64,000 bases of DNA from Diplonema japonicum (taxonomy: Eukaryota; Protista; Euglenozoa: Diplonemea): the NCBI GenBank assembly GCA_964019335.1, contig OZ025685.1, positions 62,001 through 126,000 of the forward strand. The letters are read 5' to 3'. Below, one piece after another: positions 1 to 9,400 of the stretch (the stretch's first letter is position 1; every line of letters starts with the position of its first letter). The notes under the pieces were generated by a model. It ran no database searches. It was not told the DNA's origin and was given only the letters and a program-made list of their open reading frames with translations. Position numbers and translations under genes: made by a program.

Positions 1-39
1 TCTCATAAATCTCGTTAAGCAATCGTCCGCGGTGGCAGA

Positions 40-111
40 TCTCCTATGGTGTAGTGGTTAGCACTCGGGACTCTGAATCCCGCGACCGCGGTTCGAATCC
101 GCGTAGGAGAA
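40..111 (+). tRNA. tRNA-Gln (anticodon CTG)
   Basis: Cloverleaf: acceptor TCTCCTA/TAGGAGA, D-arm GGTGTAGTGGTTAGCACT, anticodon arm CGGGA-CTCTGAA-TCCCG, T-arm CGCGG-TTCGAAT-CCGCG; followed by a T7 Pol III terminator. Confidence 0.93.
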
Positions 112-304
112 TTTTTTTCGGCCCTGAAACACCAGCTGCTAAACTGTCATCACCTCAACTAGCTCTGGTTTTGACACCAACGTTGCCACCCCAGCCTCTG
201 GCAAAAGGGCTAGGAAGAAGGCCACCAGAGCTGCATACACTGACGCCGCCGCACCTTGAGAAAAAAGAAAGAATCAGGGATTTGCAAAAATAAATAAAAT
301 GTTA

Positions 305-1189
305 CTAATTAATTATGCAAGCACAATGAGGTTCTCTACAGTGTATAAATTCAGTTTGCTGCTGTTGTTGCTGTTGCTGCTGTTGCTGTTCGTACCTCCT
401 GCTTCTGCTGTACAGTGATTTCCTAAGAGACTGCGCTTCTTCGCTTCTATCTCGCAGCCGCTGGTTGACTGCCTCGTTCTCTCTTTCAAGGTCCCGGATG
501 TGGTGATATTGTCGTTTCAGAGTCTCCTCCATCTGTTTGACACGCAAGTCATCTGAAGTACAGAGAGGCGACAGGATCTGAGGAGGGTTGTGGATTTCTG
601 TTTTCAGGTCACTTGAAGTGATATTGCTTGTCGAGTCGAAGGCACCTTCTGAACTATTGACTGCAAACCACACTTCGATTATGCAGGTGGCCTTGGGTGA
701 GAGAGTGACTTTCCCTTTCCGTCTGGTCGGGTGGTAGGCTTCTAGTACAACGTTATTTTTTGCAACTGTATGATAATATTTTTCAATAACGTTGTAGCAC
801 AGCAACTCGAAAACCAAAGTAACGGCTGGTCTCAGCTTTCCCTTTGCCGTGTACATAACATTCTTGCTAAAGGTATTCATCCCCTCCCACGTGAGTTTCA
901 CAACACGCCCTTCATGTTTCATTACAACTTGGCCCTCTGCCAGGGGTGCATTCAGCACTACTTCTTTCTTATGCTGGATCTTTATGGTGTATCTATTATA
1001 TGCTGTGTCGATGACGTTGTTGTTCAGCACTAGTTCACATGATTTGAGGAACAGAAAGGCAGTCGCCGGCATCTTAACTGCTTTGCTACTAGCACTCGAG
1101 ACAGCGGAAGGCGTTAGTGAGCAATACACCGGATCAGGTTCCCCTTCGCCTTCTAGAGTGGCCAGGGCCTCAGTGGTGAGGTAGGCCAT
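305..1189 (-). CDS. Hypothetical protein, C-terminal coiled coil and polyQ (294 aa)
   Basis: Long ATG-started ORF, co-oriented with neighbours, CAG acceptor 10 nt before the ATG. No family recognised. Confidence 0.75.
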   Translation of the reverse strand: MAYLTTEALATLEGEGEPDPVYCSLTPSAVSSASSKAVKMPATAFLFLKSCELVLNNNVIDTAYNRYTIKIQHKKEVVLNAPLAEGQVVMKHEGRVVKLTWEGMNTFSKNVMYTAKGKLRPAVTLVFELLCYNVIEKYYHTVAKNNVVLEAYHPTRRKGKVTLSPKATCIIEVWFAVNSSEGAFDSTSNITSSDLKTEIHNPPQILSPLCTSDDLRVKQMEETLKRQYHHIRDLERENEAVNQRLRDRSEEAQSLRKSLYSRSRRYEQQQQQQQQQQQTEFIHCREPHCACIIN

Positions 1190-1246
1190 TTGTGTAAACC
1201 TGCTGGTTGCAATAATGAAGAGAACAGACAGACAAATACGTGCGAT

Positions 1247-2068
1247 CTACTCACTCTTTGAGTCAACAAACTTTTGGAAAGCGCTGGCAGTCCTCCCACC
1301 GTAGTACTCGATCCCGGTTTTGTCGGTTTTTGTGAAGAACTGTGATAAACTTCTTTTTCTTTTTTTTTTTTTGTATTTTTATACCTTTAGTGTAGGGTAT
1401 CCATGCACGCTGTATTTCTGACCAACGGCCGTATGCTTGGCAGCATCCACTTCCGCGATGACAATGTCGGCATCGTCGGTCTGTGCTGCAAGGCGGACCC
1501 ATTCAGGCTCGAGGGCTTTACAATGCCCGCACCAGGGTGCGTAGAACTTGACAAAGACGTTCTTTGTGGGGTCGTTTATCACGCCTTCGGCATTAGCACC
1601 AAGTACCATCACCTGCCCCGGTTTATGTGGTTGAGCAACTTCGTCCTCTTCCTGCACAACAGAAACAGTTCCAAGCTCCACGCCGAGATAAGAGAGCAAG
1701 CTCTGCGTATCCCGACCACCTGTGTACTTCTTGAAAGTACCATCCTCCCTAATCAGCATGATAGAGGGAAAGCCCTTCACCCCGTACTTCTCAGCGATAC
1801 CTCCAGATCCTTGCTGTGTGGCGTCGAACTTTCCAATGTGAATGCCGTCCACTGTCTCTGCAGCAGTACCAAGTTCCTTCCACACAGGGACAAGCTTCTT
1901 GCACCACCCACACCATGGTGCATAGAATTCGATCAGCCAATCTTTGCCATCAACCTGTCCATTAAAGTTACCGCTTGTCAGTTCAGCAACGCCTTCTATC
2001 ACTGCCGATGGATCATCCCCGTAAACACTGACACACAGGAACAACAGAACAGCAAAGGTTTTCACCAT
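1247..2068 (-). CDS. Protein disulfide isomerase with two thioredoxin domains (exons 2068-1385, 1339-1247)
   Basis: Signal peptide; FYAPWCGWCK and FYAPWCGHCK motifs. The 45-nt GT..ACAG intron 1340-1384 restores YPTLK|FFTKTDKTGIEYYGGRTASAF..., completing the second Trx fold. Confidence 0.92.
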
Positions 2069-2108
2069 TTTAACCTTTTAACTCTGGCAGTTGTTCGGTA
2101 GAAAGGCA

Positions 2109-3248
2109 CTAATAACAAGCCCACGAAGGGCGAGGGCATGTGACCTTAAGGTCTACGGCGGATATTTCATAGTACACAGCATGTAGATAAATCATGGTGT
2201 CAGCACAAGGCGGGGGGAGCGTGTTTTCTTTTGATAATATGTTGTTAACCCAAGTACACTTCGGACACCAGTCCTTCCTGGTAGATTCTAAAATGGACCT
2301 GAGTGTTCCTTCTTCATTCTCCTGATACAGAACCGCTCCCGTCTCGGTTTTACCGCCATAGAGCTCGTCGTTAGAGATGGGGTACCCCATGCAGCCCAGG
2401 TGCACACGGATTTGGTGACGCAGCCCTGTGACAGGGAAAGCTGTGATTATCGACTCATCAGTTGCCTCCCGGTAGTGGAGGAGCTTGAACTTTGTGAGAG
2501 CATCTTTGAACTTGCTGCCCTTACCTGCCACTGCTTTATTGAGTTTGGTATCGAAGGTGATACTCTCAGAGCAGGACACGTCAGCTCCACAAGGGAAGCG
2601 TCCTCTCACCCTGGCCACGTACGATTTGACGGCTTCACGTTTGGCAAGCGCTTTCATTGCTGTCGTAAGCAATCCGCCACCCCGACTCATAATAAGAACA
2701 CCACCAACGGGTTTGTCAATGCGATGCACGAGGTGGAGTTTAGCTTTCCTGTTCTGCTTCTGAAGCATCTTCTCAGTAATCGTAACAATGTTGTTGCGGC
2801 CGCCTTCTGCATCGACACACGGGACCCCTGGCGGTTTGTTTACAACGAAGAACTTATCGTTGTCAAACAATAAGGCAGGTTCCTCGCCGGCTATGACTCG
2901 TTCATGAACGTGCTTGGTGATCTTGATCCTGTCTTGTTTCTCAACCACAAATTCATTGTCCACCCTGCAAAACCCCATTGCCAGCTCTGAAGTGTCATCT
3001 CGGCTTTTTTTCGATCTCCTTAAGCTCACCCTGCCCCCATCGACAACCCCTTTCCAGTACTCTCGAGCCTCTTCTATGTCTTGTTCACCTTTATGCAATC
3101 TAAAAACTTCGGCAAGCACTTCCGCTACTCTCATCTCGGCATATTTTTCCTTGACGGAATATTCTTGATCTTTTATGTAAGGTATCACGTACCGCAATCC
3201 ATTGACAATCACATAGTCACCTTCAACATAAGCACACTTTTTGTCCAT
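2109..3248 (-). CDS. RluA-family pseudouridine synthase (RPUSD2/Pus9-like)
   Basis: Motifs VVNKPPG, VHRIDK (catalytic Asp), K.YVARV.G, TGLRHQIRVHL..MGYPISNDELYG, IYLHA; N-terminal GLRYVIPY typical of the subfamily. Confidence 0.9.
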   Translation of the reverse strand: MDKKCAYVEGDYVIVNGLRYVIPYIKDQEYSVKEKYAEMRVAEVLAEVFRLHKGEQDIEEAREYWKGVVDGGRVSLRRSKKSRDDTSELAMGFCRVDNEFVVEKQDRIKITKHVHERVIAGEEPALLFDNDKFFVVNKPPGVPCVDAEGGRNNIVTITEKMLQKQNRKAKLHLVHRIDKPVGGVLIMSRGGGLLTTAMKALAKREAVKSYVARVRGRFPCGADVSCSESITFDTKLNKAVAGKGSKFKDALTKFKLLHYREATDESIITAFPVTGLRHQIRVHLGCMGYPISNDELYGGKTETGAVLYQENEEGTLRSILESTRKDWCPKCTWVNNILSKENTLPPPCADTMIYLHAVYYEISAVDLKVTCPRPSWACY

Positions 3249-3291
3249 TTTATTTGTCCTGTCTGGTTCTTGGGGGGGGGGGATAAAAAGA

Positions 3292-3363
3292 TTCCCCGGC
3301 CGGGAATTGAACCCGGGTCATCCGCGTGACAGGCGGATATACTGACCTCTATACTACCGAGGA
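3292..3363 (-). tRNA. tRNA-Asp (anticodon GTC)
   Basis: Reverse complement TCCTCGG TAGTATAGAGGTCAGTATA TCCGC-CTGTCAC-GCGGA TGAC CCGGG-TTCAATT-CCCGG CCGGGGA A, then TCTTTTT terminator. Confidence 0.93.
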
Positions 3364-3604
3364 GGACAATTCTTGTTCGTGGAAAGTATTTGATAATATA
3401 TCGATACAATAAAACATAGGGGGAGAGAAAAGAGAACAGAATAGTATGTTTTTTATTCAAATCATACTTCCTCATCACCTACATTGTGCTTGCCAGAGTT
3501 TTGAAAGGTTGTTTGAAAGGAATAAAAAGCGAAAATAGTAAAAAAGAGGTGAAGAAGGATAAATACTGCATACAAAAACAGAAAGTCGAATAAAAAGAAT
3601 AAAG

Positions 3605-4027
3605 GTGACTGACATCCTCAAGAGGAGCCTTCCCATGTACCAGGAATTAAGCAGAGGTTGCTTCCATGGTGTATCAGTCTATTACCTTTCTGGAGAACAG
3701 ATGGTTTTTTTGATGCACTTGTTCTTCATTGTGTCCCACAGTCTGGCAGTTCAGAGGCTGGCAACGGTCCTGCAAGCAGATGCTGCTGCAGTGTTCCACA
3801 AGTAGCAATCACAAGCCTTGCAGTCTGCCTGTGTCCTCACTGCTGTGCACTTCTTCTCCATGTACATCACCCATCCATCCACAGTCGCTGCTCACTGCAG
3901 AGCTCCCTGGGTTGGGTACCATGTCTGGACACTGAGTTCTCACAGTCCCAGGTGCAGTTCATTCTTGCACACGACTGTGTCTGTTGTCACCATGCACATT
4001 GTGACTGGCATGCACATGGGCATCTGA
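3605..4027 (+). pseudogene. Decayed coding-like segment of unknown origin
   Basis: Complex sequence without homopolymers; one frame runs ~140 codons with a single internal stop (ORFs 3605-3805 and 3818-4027 share a frame); TG/CA-rich and CG-poor. Confidence 0.3.
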
Positions 4028-4100
4028 AAAAACCGCAGCAGACCACAGACCAGAATCAAAGATATGATTGCACAGGACCAGCAGTAGAAGTAAATAGAAT

Positions 4101-4131
<31 letters not shown>

Positions 4132-5510
4132 CAGGAACAGAAAACAAAAAGAAAGGAAATAGTGTGAGAATTGAGATATTTAATGGGGTGAACAGGACAA
4201 ATGAAAAATAATAAGAAAAAGAAAAAAAGGGAAAAGAAAAGAACAAGTGCAAGATTATAAAATATGGATAAGAAGAGTTCCCCTGGCTGGGAGGAGGGAA
4301 AAAGAAAGAAGAGAGAATGGTCTGGCCAGCCTAAAAAAAGAAGAAGTTTATTTAAAAAAAAAAAAAAGAACAAAAACAAAAAATACACAAGGGTGAGAGG
4401 GTAGGTTTTAAATGATGAGAAGAGTTAACAGAAGGAAGCCAAAGAGAGCAGTAGTGAAAAAGTGAATTGACAAGGGGGGAAAGAGGGAGGAGAAGCAGAT
4501 GAAAGGGAAAAGAAACATGCAAGAGTGACACTGCCCCCTTTTTTTACCCTTTTTTTTTTTCTTTTTGCATTGCTTTTGAGTCCCCTCCAGAGTGGTGGAA
4601 AGGTGTTTGAGGATCTGTTTGAAGATGAAGATTTCCAGCCAGTAGGGTGCCAGGAAAGAAGTGATGCTCAACCATAGGCAGGTGCAGCAGCTGGAGCAAC
4701 ACAACCCAGGGTAACCAACATTCTGTGCTCATGCAGTTTGCTGCCAATTCATCACCCTGAGCATCTGCATTATGTTCTTCCAGGAGCTACCAGTGATGAC
4801 TGATGAGGAGGTCAACAGCAAACATATCTGATGTTTTTCTTATATTTTCATGTTATCCCCACCACCTGAAAAAGAAACTCCAATACCTGATAAAGGTTTT
4901 TTTTACCAACAGTCAGCACCCTGTACTCTGCACGATGTGCTGTTGCTAACCACTTTGTTCCTATCATAGTGAATTTTTTTTTTCTTCGTTTCTCATTGTT
5001 GTTGTTGTTGTCGTCTCTCAGTACCTGTGTAACATCTTTTCTTGTAGACATCTGTTTATACATTTGAACTCTGCAGCAAAAAAAAAGGGGGGGATGTGGT
5101 GTTGTGGTTGTATCTTCTGGTCAGTCTGGCATAATTGGGTCGAAATTCATGCCAGATCCAGTCTGGTCCAGTCTAGTCTAGTCCTAATTAAGATTCATGC
5201 ATCACTGCTGACATTCCACTTTTCTGACCACCCACACATGTCCAGCACTTCTTACACTTGGTGATTAAGGAAATGACATGGAATGCAGAAGCTGTGGTGC
5301 ACCCCCTGTCATCAAATAGACAGTTCTTTTTTTTTTTTTTTTTAAATAAACCTCTTTTTTTTTGGCTGGCCAAGCCCTCTCCTTTCTTTTTCTCCCTCCC
5401 TGGCCTTGGGTAGGGGTGGGTGGGCCCAGGTGGGTGAAAGTGAAGAGGAGTGAAAAAAAGGGTACACAAGTTCTTGTGCAGGGTGCTGCCAACACTGGCC
5501 TCTTTAACTC

Positions 5511-5673
5511 ATATATTTATCTCCTATATATTATTTTCAGGTGGGGGGAGGAATAACATGAAAATATGTGCAACAAACAGGCAGTGCAATGCAGGGGTTG
5601 AGCTGTACATTGCACATTAGGGGCACAGTGCTGAAAGCAAGGAACCAATCTGTTTACACAGGTTGTATAAACA
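5511..5673. repeat. Inverted repeat arm A (partner 8935-9094)
   Basis: ~160 bp near-identical reverse complement of 8935-9094. Confidence 0.9.
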
Positions 5674-5693
5674 TACACCTCCTCTTATATGTT

Positions 5694-6150
5694 TGATGAC
5701 CAGCCTGATGATGGAATGGAGACTATGAAACAAGCAGTGACAATGACTGGACACTACTGGGTCCACTACACAAAAGAGGGTAAGAAGTGAGATCTCAGAG
5801 CAGACAGGTGCCATAAGGCAAAAACAAAGGATGGCACCCCAGCCTCATCTTGTACAAGAAGCACAAGACCAAGGAAGCAGAGGAGGGCCACCCAAGGCAC
5901 AACAGAGGACATGGAACCTCCCCAACACAGCAGCAACAGCACCAGCAGCAAAGACAGTAGTGACATAAAGAAGAAGACATCAGTATCTCCTCCCCCCCCC
6001 TCCTTCTCCCCTTCCTGCTGTTCTACTTTGGGTGGATCAAGTGTCTGAAGAAACAACAGATTTTTCTGGTGACTCTTCAGTGTACTAGAAATGTACATGA
6101 TGCACCCCTGGAACAGATAATGGAAGGAAACACTCATGTGCACCACCTGA
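5694..6150 (+). pseudogene. Decayed ORF remnant with in-frame stops, mostly TGA
   Basis: Reads DDQPDDGMETMKQAVTMTGHYWVHYTKEGKK*DLRADRC...SSV*RNNRFFW*LFSVLEMY; TGA stops fit CGA->TGA decay. Confidence 0.35.
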
Positions 6151-6247
6151 GTAGCTCAGGAAGTGGGTTTGTGGACTGAGGAAGATGACAGTCACCACAA
6201 TAACCAGGGGTGGGTCATTCTGTTCCCTTCCACCAAACTGAAAAGTC

Positions 6248-6380
6248 AGAACTTGGCAGAACGGTGGAACCGGAACTTGGTGGAACATGGTGGAACTGGC
6301 AGAACATGGTGGAACTGGTGGAACTGGCAGACAGGTGGAACATGGTGGAACATGGTGGAACATGGTGGAACTGGTGGAAC
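6248..6380. repeat. Minisatellite, 9-10 bp unit (TGGTGGAAC[A])
   Basis: More than 10 degenerate tandem copies. Confidence 0.9.
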
Positions 6381-6786
6381 AGGGAATTCCTTATTTAATT
6401 TTTTTTTTCTTTCCCCCCTTTTTTCCTGCATCATCAAGGTTGAAAGTGGTGACTATATAGAAGAGCACCATGAAGAGAAAGAGGAAGAAAAAGTTTGTGA
6501 GCAGCAGCCTTATCTAATCCCATTTACCCAAACAACCCAACTCGTTTACCCCAGAAAAAGAAGAGGAACAAAAAAAGAGAACAAGTGTTAAGAAGAGTGC
6601 CACAAAGAGAAAAAAAAAAAGAAAGGAACAAAGAAAAAAGAAAAGAAAGAGAAAAGAAACAGTGAGCAGCAACCTTATTTAACAATACCCAAATATTACC
6701 CATGTTTTACCAACAACCCCACCCCCAGAAGGAAAAAAAAAAAAGAAGAAAGAAGAAAAGAAAAAAAAAAAAATAAACATAACCCC

Positions 6787-7018
6787 TCAGGAGCTACTGG
6801 TGATGACCAATGAGGAGGTCAACAGTGAACAACACATCTGATGTTTTTTCATGCTATCCCCACCACCTTTGGAATAATATACAAGAGTTAAAGGAGGCTG
6901 GTGTTGGCAGTGCCCTGCACAAGAACTGTCTACTTGATTACAGGGGGTGCACCACAGCCAAGTTGTAGCTTCTTCTGCATTCTGCATCGTGTCCTTAATC
7001 ACTGTGGCCGAGTTGTAG
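6787..7018. repeat. Inverted repeat arm B (partner 9529-9760)
   Basis: ~230 bp near-identical reverse complement; ORFs 6787-7002(-) and 9458-9760(+) translate almost identically. Confidence 0.92.
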
Positions 7019-7363
7019 TTTCTTCTGTGTTCTGTGTCATGTCCTTAATGTGTGCGGTGTTCAGCTCAACCCTAGCTGGGGCGCCCCAGGAAACCAAGAT
7101 TCTGCACTCATGTGGTTTGCTTGGTGATGACCGATGAGGAGGTCAACAGTGAACACATCTGATGTTTTTCTTATATTTTCATGTTATCCCCACCACCTGA
7201 AAAAGAAGATAAAAGTTTTTTTTTTTTTTTTTTTTTCTTTGTTTCTCGTTGTTGTTGTTGTTGTTGTCTCTCAGTACCTGTGTAACATCTTTTCTTGTAG
7301 ACATCTGTTTATATGTTTGAACTCTGCAGCAAAAGGGGGGATGTGGTGTTGTGGTTGTATCTT

Positions 7364-7481
7364 GTCTGGTCTGGTTCAGTCCAGTCTGGTCTGGTCCAGT
7401 CTGGTCAGTCTGGTCAGTCTGGCATAATTGGGTCGAAATTCATGCTGGATCCTGTCTGGTCTGGTCCAGTCCAGTCTAGTC
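7364..7481. repeat. Pentamer microsatellite (GTCTG/GTCCA) inside a direct repeat of ~4975-5200
   Basis: Tandem GTCTG/GTCCA/GTCTA; flanks match 4975-5200. Confidence 0.8.
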
Positions 7482-8096
7482 CTAATTAGGATTCACCCAT
7501 CACTGGCCTTGGTAAGGGCACTGCTGGGGGAAAAAAAATTTTTTTTTGCAAAAAAATAAAAAAAAAGTCCATTTTGAGGGTGCCTGAGTGCCATGTGACC
7601 CCAGAAAAAAAAATTTTTTTTTCACCACCAAGGCTGTTCCCTCCATTCCCCCATTCCCTTGGTTCCCCCATTCCCTTTCGTTCCCCCATTCCCCCAAATT
7701 CCCTCAAGGGAATCGTTCCCTTCCCTCTGTTCCCCCAGATTCCCTCAAATTCCCTCAAGGGAATGACCCAACACTGCAATAACTCATACTAGACTTCAAA
7801 AACTGGGAAAGGGGTAGATAAGTAGAGATAAGTAAACAAGGATGTTCCAGAACTTTTTTTTTATTTTAAATAAACCTCTTTTTTTTTAGGCTGGCCAGAC
7901 CACTCTCTTCTTTCTTTTTCCCTCCTCCCAGCCAGGGGGCCCTGTGCAGCATAGTGGTACATGTTATAAAACACGTGCTGTGTTGTGCACCCTGTGTTGC
8001 ATACATCATGTGTGTCGAAAATTTGCAGTGTTGGGGTGGTTTGTGGGCCAGACCTCAGACCACCAGTCTGGCCAACATTGCCCATCCAACCCTTTT

Positions 8097-8128
<32 letters not shown>

Positions 8129-8386
8129 GCATTGTACTTTTCTTGCAAAGGCCTCTTTTTAATATTTTTTTCAAAGCAGGTCTCCAAACCCCCTGACATT
8201 TTTTTAAATTTTTTTTTTTTTTTACATAGTCACAACAAGGTAGTATGAGCCTTGCCTCACATCCCACCCAAACCTAGGACCTCTTTTTTTGAACCTTTGA
8301 AACCAAAAGTACCAAAAAAATGCAAGCCCCAGCCTAAATTTGGGCCTTTGTGACACAAAAAACACAAAGAAATTTTTTGGTCCCAA

Positions 8387-8528
8387 GAGTCCCCTGAGTC
8401 CCCTCCAGACCCCTGAGTCCCCTGAGTCCCTTGAGTCCCTCCAGTCCCCTGAGTCCCCTGAGTCCCCTCCAGACCCCTGAAAATTTCAGGGGACTCCTGT
8501 CCTGTCCCTTGGAGTCCCCTGAGTCCCT
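8387..8528. repeat. Minisatellite, 9 bp unit GAGTCCCCT
   Basis: About 10 copies with interruptions. Confidence 0.9.
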
Positions 8529-9108
8529 CAAGGGTCTGGACCAACACTGGGTAGAGTGGTTACCATGCTCACCTGTCAGGCCAGTGTTGGTCAGTCCCAT
8601 CCCATCCCCTAAAACGGAATACAGACTCAACAGGACTCACAGGACTCTCCCCAACACTGTCATTATTTTTGATAGTTTTGCAACTTTTTTTTTTTTTTTT
8701 TGTTTCCCTTTGGAAAAAAAAAAAAAAAAATGGGGAAAAAAAAAGAGAAAAAAATCCTTGATTTTTTTTTGACATACATGATGTGTTTACCTTTTTTTTT
8801 TTTCCCTTCTTTTTTTCTTGTCTTCTCACATTTTTTCACACACCTAAGCCAAGCTGTTGTTTCTGCTTTTGCATCAAATGTTGTATTTGGATGTAATAGA
8901 AAAGGGGGAAATAATAAATAATATGTAGGGTGTTTGTTTATACAACCTGTGTAAACAGATTGGTTCCTTGCTTTCAGCACTGTGCCCCTAATGTGCAATG
9001 TACAGCTCAACCCCTGCATTGCACTGCCTGTTTGTTGCACATATTTCATGTTATTCCCCCCCCCACCTGAAAATAATATATAGGAGATAAATATAGGTTA
9101 AAGGAGGC

Positions 9109-9400
9109 TGGTTGTAGCTTCTTCTGCATTCCATGTCGTTTCCTTAATCACCATGGCCAGGATGTAGCTTCTTCTGTGTTCCACATCATGCCCTTAATCA
9201 CTGCAGTCAGGTTGTAACTTCTTGCATTCCATGTCATTTCCTTAACCACCATGGCCAGGTTGTAGCTTCTTCTGCATTCTGCATCGTGTCCTTAATCACC
9301 ATGGCTGAGTTGTAGCTTGTAGTTGTTCCATGTCATTTCCTTAATCACAATGGCTGGGTTGTAGCTTCTTCTGTGTTCTGTGTCATGTCCTTAATGTGTG
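9109..9400. repeat. Tandem array of ~50 bp units (about 6 copies)
   Basis: Unit GTTGTAGCTTCTTCTGCATTCCATGTCATTTCCTTAATCACCATGGCCAG; further copies near 6960-7050 and inverted at 9480-9590 and 10600-10666. Confidence 0.88.

Noticed and set aside
4793-4835. TGATGA...CTGA as a C/D snoRNA, or CTGATGA as a hammerhead core
   Set aside because: Part of a dispersed repeat. CTGATGAG derives from CCGATGAG in other copies by CpG decay, no GAAA core with matching stems is present, and it is too short for a C/D RNA.
9109-9400. Regularly spaced repeats resembling a CRISPR array
   Set aside because: Whole ~50-bp units are homologous with no unique spacers; eukaryotic context, no cas genes.
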